The notes beneath the pieces are model-generated. The model ran no database searches. It had not been told where the DNA came from and saw only the letters and a list, made by a program, of their open reading frames with translations. DNA of 29,399 nucleotides, filler included, from an uncultured virus (IMG/VR IMGVR_UViG_2124908004_000021) (Duplodnaviria > Heunggongvirae > Uroviricota > Caudoviricetes). It is 2 parts of one record of this genome, joined end to end, with 100 filler letters (N's around TTAATTAATTAA, not from the genome) between each part and the next. Parts side by side here need not be neighbours in the genome. Positions count along the whole stretch, not along the records: positions 10,941 to 29,399 come from IMGVR_UViG_2124908004_000021; 1 more part is not named here. The stretch is one strand, 5' to 3'. Positions 27,905-29,399 of this stretch are shown one piece after another; position 1 is the first letter of the stretch; every line of letters starts with the position of its first letter. Made by a program: the position numbers and the translations under genes.

Positions 27905-29399
27905 ATGGTGTTATCTATGCCCGGTATTCTTCTGATAATCAGCGTGAAAAATCGATAGAAGGGCAGGTACGCGAATGTATGGAATATGCAGACCGTTACG
28001 GCCTTGCGATCATCGGCACATATATTGACCGCGCTTTCTCCGCAAAGACGGATGACAGGCCGGAATTCCAGCGCATGATAAAGGACAGTGCCAAGCGGAT
28101 GTTTGAGGTGATACTGGTATGGAAGCTGGATCGCTTTGCCCGTAGCCGCACAGACTCCGCTATGAACAAGTTTATATTGAAAAAGAATGGCGTCAAGGTC
28201 ATATCCGCCAAGGAAAACATCTCAGACGGGCCAGAGGGCATCATTCTGGAGGCCATGCTGGAAGGGTATGCGGAATACTATTCCGCTGAGCTTTCTGAGA
28301 AGATATTGCGTGGCCTGACCGAGAACGCCCTAAAGGGAAAGTATAACGGCGGCGGTCTGCCGCTGGGATATACGACGGACAGTGAACAGCATTTCCAGAT
28401 AGACCCGATGACCGCCTCGATTGTACAAGAAGTGTTCACCCGGTATGCCGACGGAGAAACGGTTGCTGCAATTACTTCTTCATTAAAAGCACGTGGCCTG
28501 GTATCCAGCAGGGGCGCGGCTTTCAACAAGAACAGCTTACACGATATGCTAAAGAACCGGAAGTATATTGGCGAGTACAGATACAAGGACATCGTTCACA
28601 CTGATATGATACCACCTATCATTTCAAAGGAGTTGTTTACATTGGTACAGGAACGGCTGGAGAAGAACAAGAAAGCACCTGCTAAGAAAAAGGCGATTGT
28701 AGAATACCTTTTGACCACCAAACTGTTCTGCGGTAAATGCGGCGCGTTTATGGTAGGTGAAAGCGGGACAAGTAAGACCGGGAGGATATATCATTATTAC
28801 AAATGCGCCATAGCAAACGGGAAAGAGCTTGCGATAAGAAGACAATTACGAAAGACTATATTGAAAAGCTGGTCGTGTCGGAAACCAAACGCATCGTGTT
28901 TCAGGATGATATGATCGACCGGCTGGCAGACGCCATAGTGGAATTGCAGAAGAAAGAGAATACGAGATTGCCCCTGTTGCAGCAACAGCTCAAGGAAACG
29001 GAAAAAGGCATCGAGAATATGCTCAACGCCATACAGCAGGGAATTATCACTTCTTCGACTAAACAGCGTCTGGATGAATTGGAAGGCCGCAAGGCGGAAC
29101 TTGAAGTAGGCATTGCACAGGAGCAGATGGAAAAGCCATTGCTGACTAAAGAACAGATCGTATTCTGGATCAGCCGGTTCAAGGACGGGGATATTGACGA
29201 TGTGAAATATCAGCGCAGCGTAATTGACATATTCGTGAATTCGGTCTACATCTACGACGATAAGCTGGTGCTGATGTACAACTACAAGGATGGTGCCAAA
29301 ACCGTGGCTTTGGAGGATATTCAGAGTTCGGATTTAGTGGGTTGCACTCCACCAAGATTAAACGAAAAACCACCGTATATGGTGGTTTTTCTGCTTTGA
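27901..29399 (+). CDS. Large serine recombinase (frameshift near 28809)
   Basis: YARYSSDNQ, WKLDRFAR, zinc ribbon CGKCG...YYKC..C; adding one base joins ORF 28803..29399 (~499 aa). Confidence 0.92.
29347..29391 (+). terminator. Putative att junction (CTCCACCA) followed by a terminator hairpin
   Basis: CTCCACCA at 29347-29354; GAAAAACCACC/GGTGGTTTTTC at 29364-29391. Confidence 0.6.

Overview
Draft-assembly window from a Firmicute (Clostridia-like; inferred from gene content and promoters). It holds two scaffolds joined by an artificial linker (N44-TTAATTAATTAA-N44, 10841-10940), so the halves need not be neighbours. The left scaffold has an SNF2 helicase and HTH (minus strand), a kinase-like ATPase/GNAT/ASCH operon, an XRE/ImmA module and the start of a prophage-like replication cluster (sigma70-r4, DUF2800, DUF2815, PolA). 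The right scaffold is an AT-rich defence-island-like region. It starts with an IS1182 end and a candidate structured RNA. Next comes an operon of PLD-SF2 helicase, small protein, CxC SMC-like ATPase, possible DndE-like protein, PAPS-reductase-family enzyme, membrane protein, SAM methyltransferase and PD-(D/E)XK nuclease. Three tandem att-like repeats then bracket single-gene cassettes (one is ApeA/HEPN) behind a truncated large serine recombinase. It ends with an IS481-disrupted NDT/TIR-like gene (25-bp target duplication) and an XRE plus large serine recombinase ending at a CTCCACCA/terminator junction. Many genes carry single-base shifts in homopolymers, probably sequencing errors. The att-like cassette array is the most novel-looking structure. 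All family calls come from motif recognition, not database searches.
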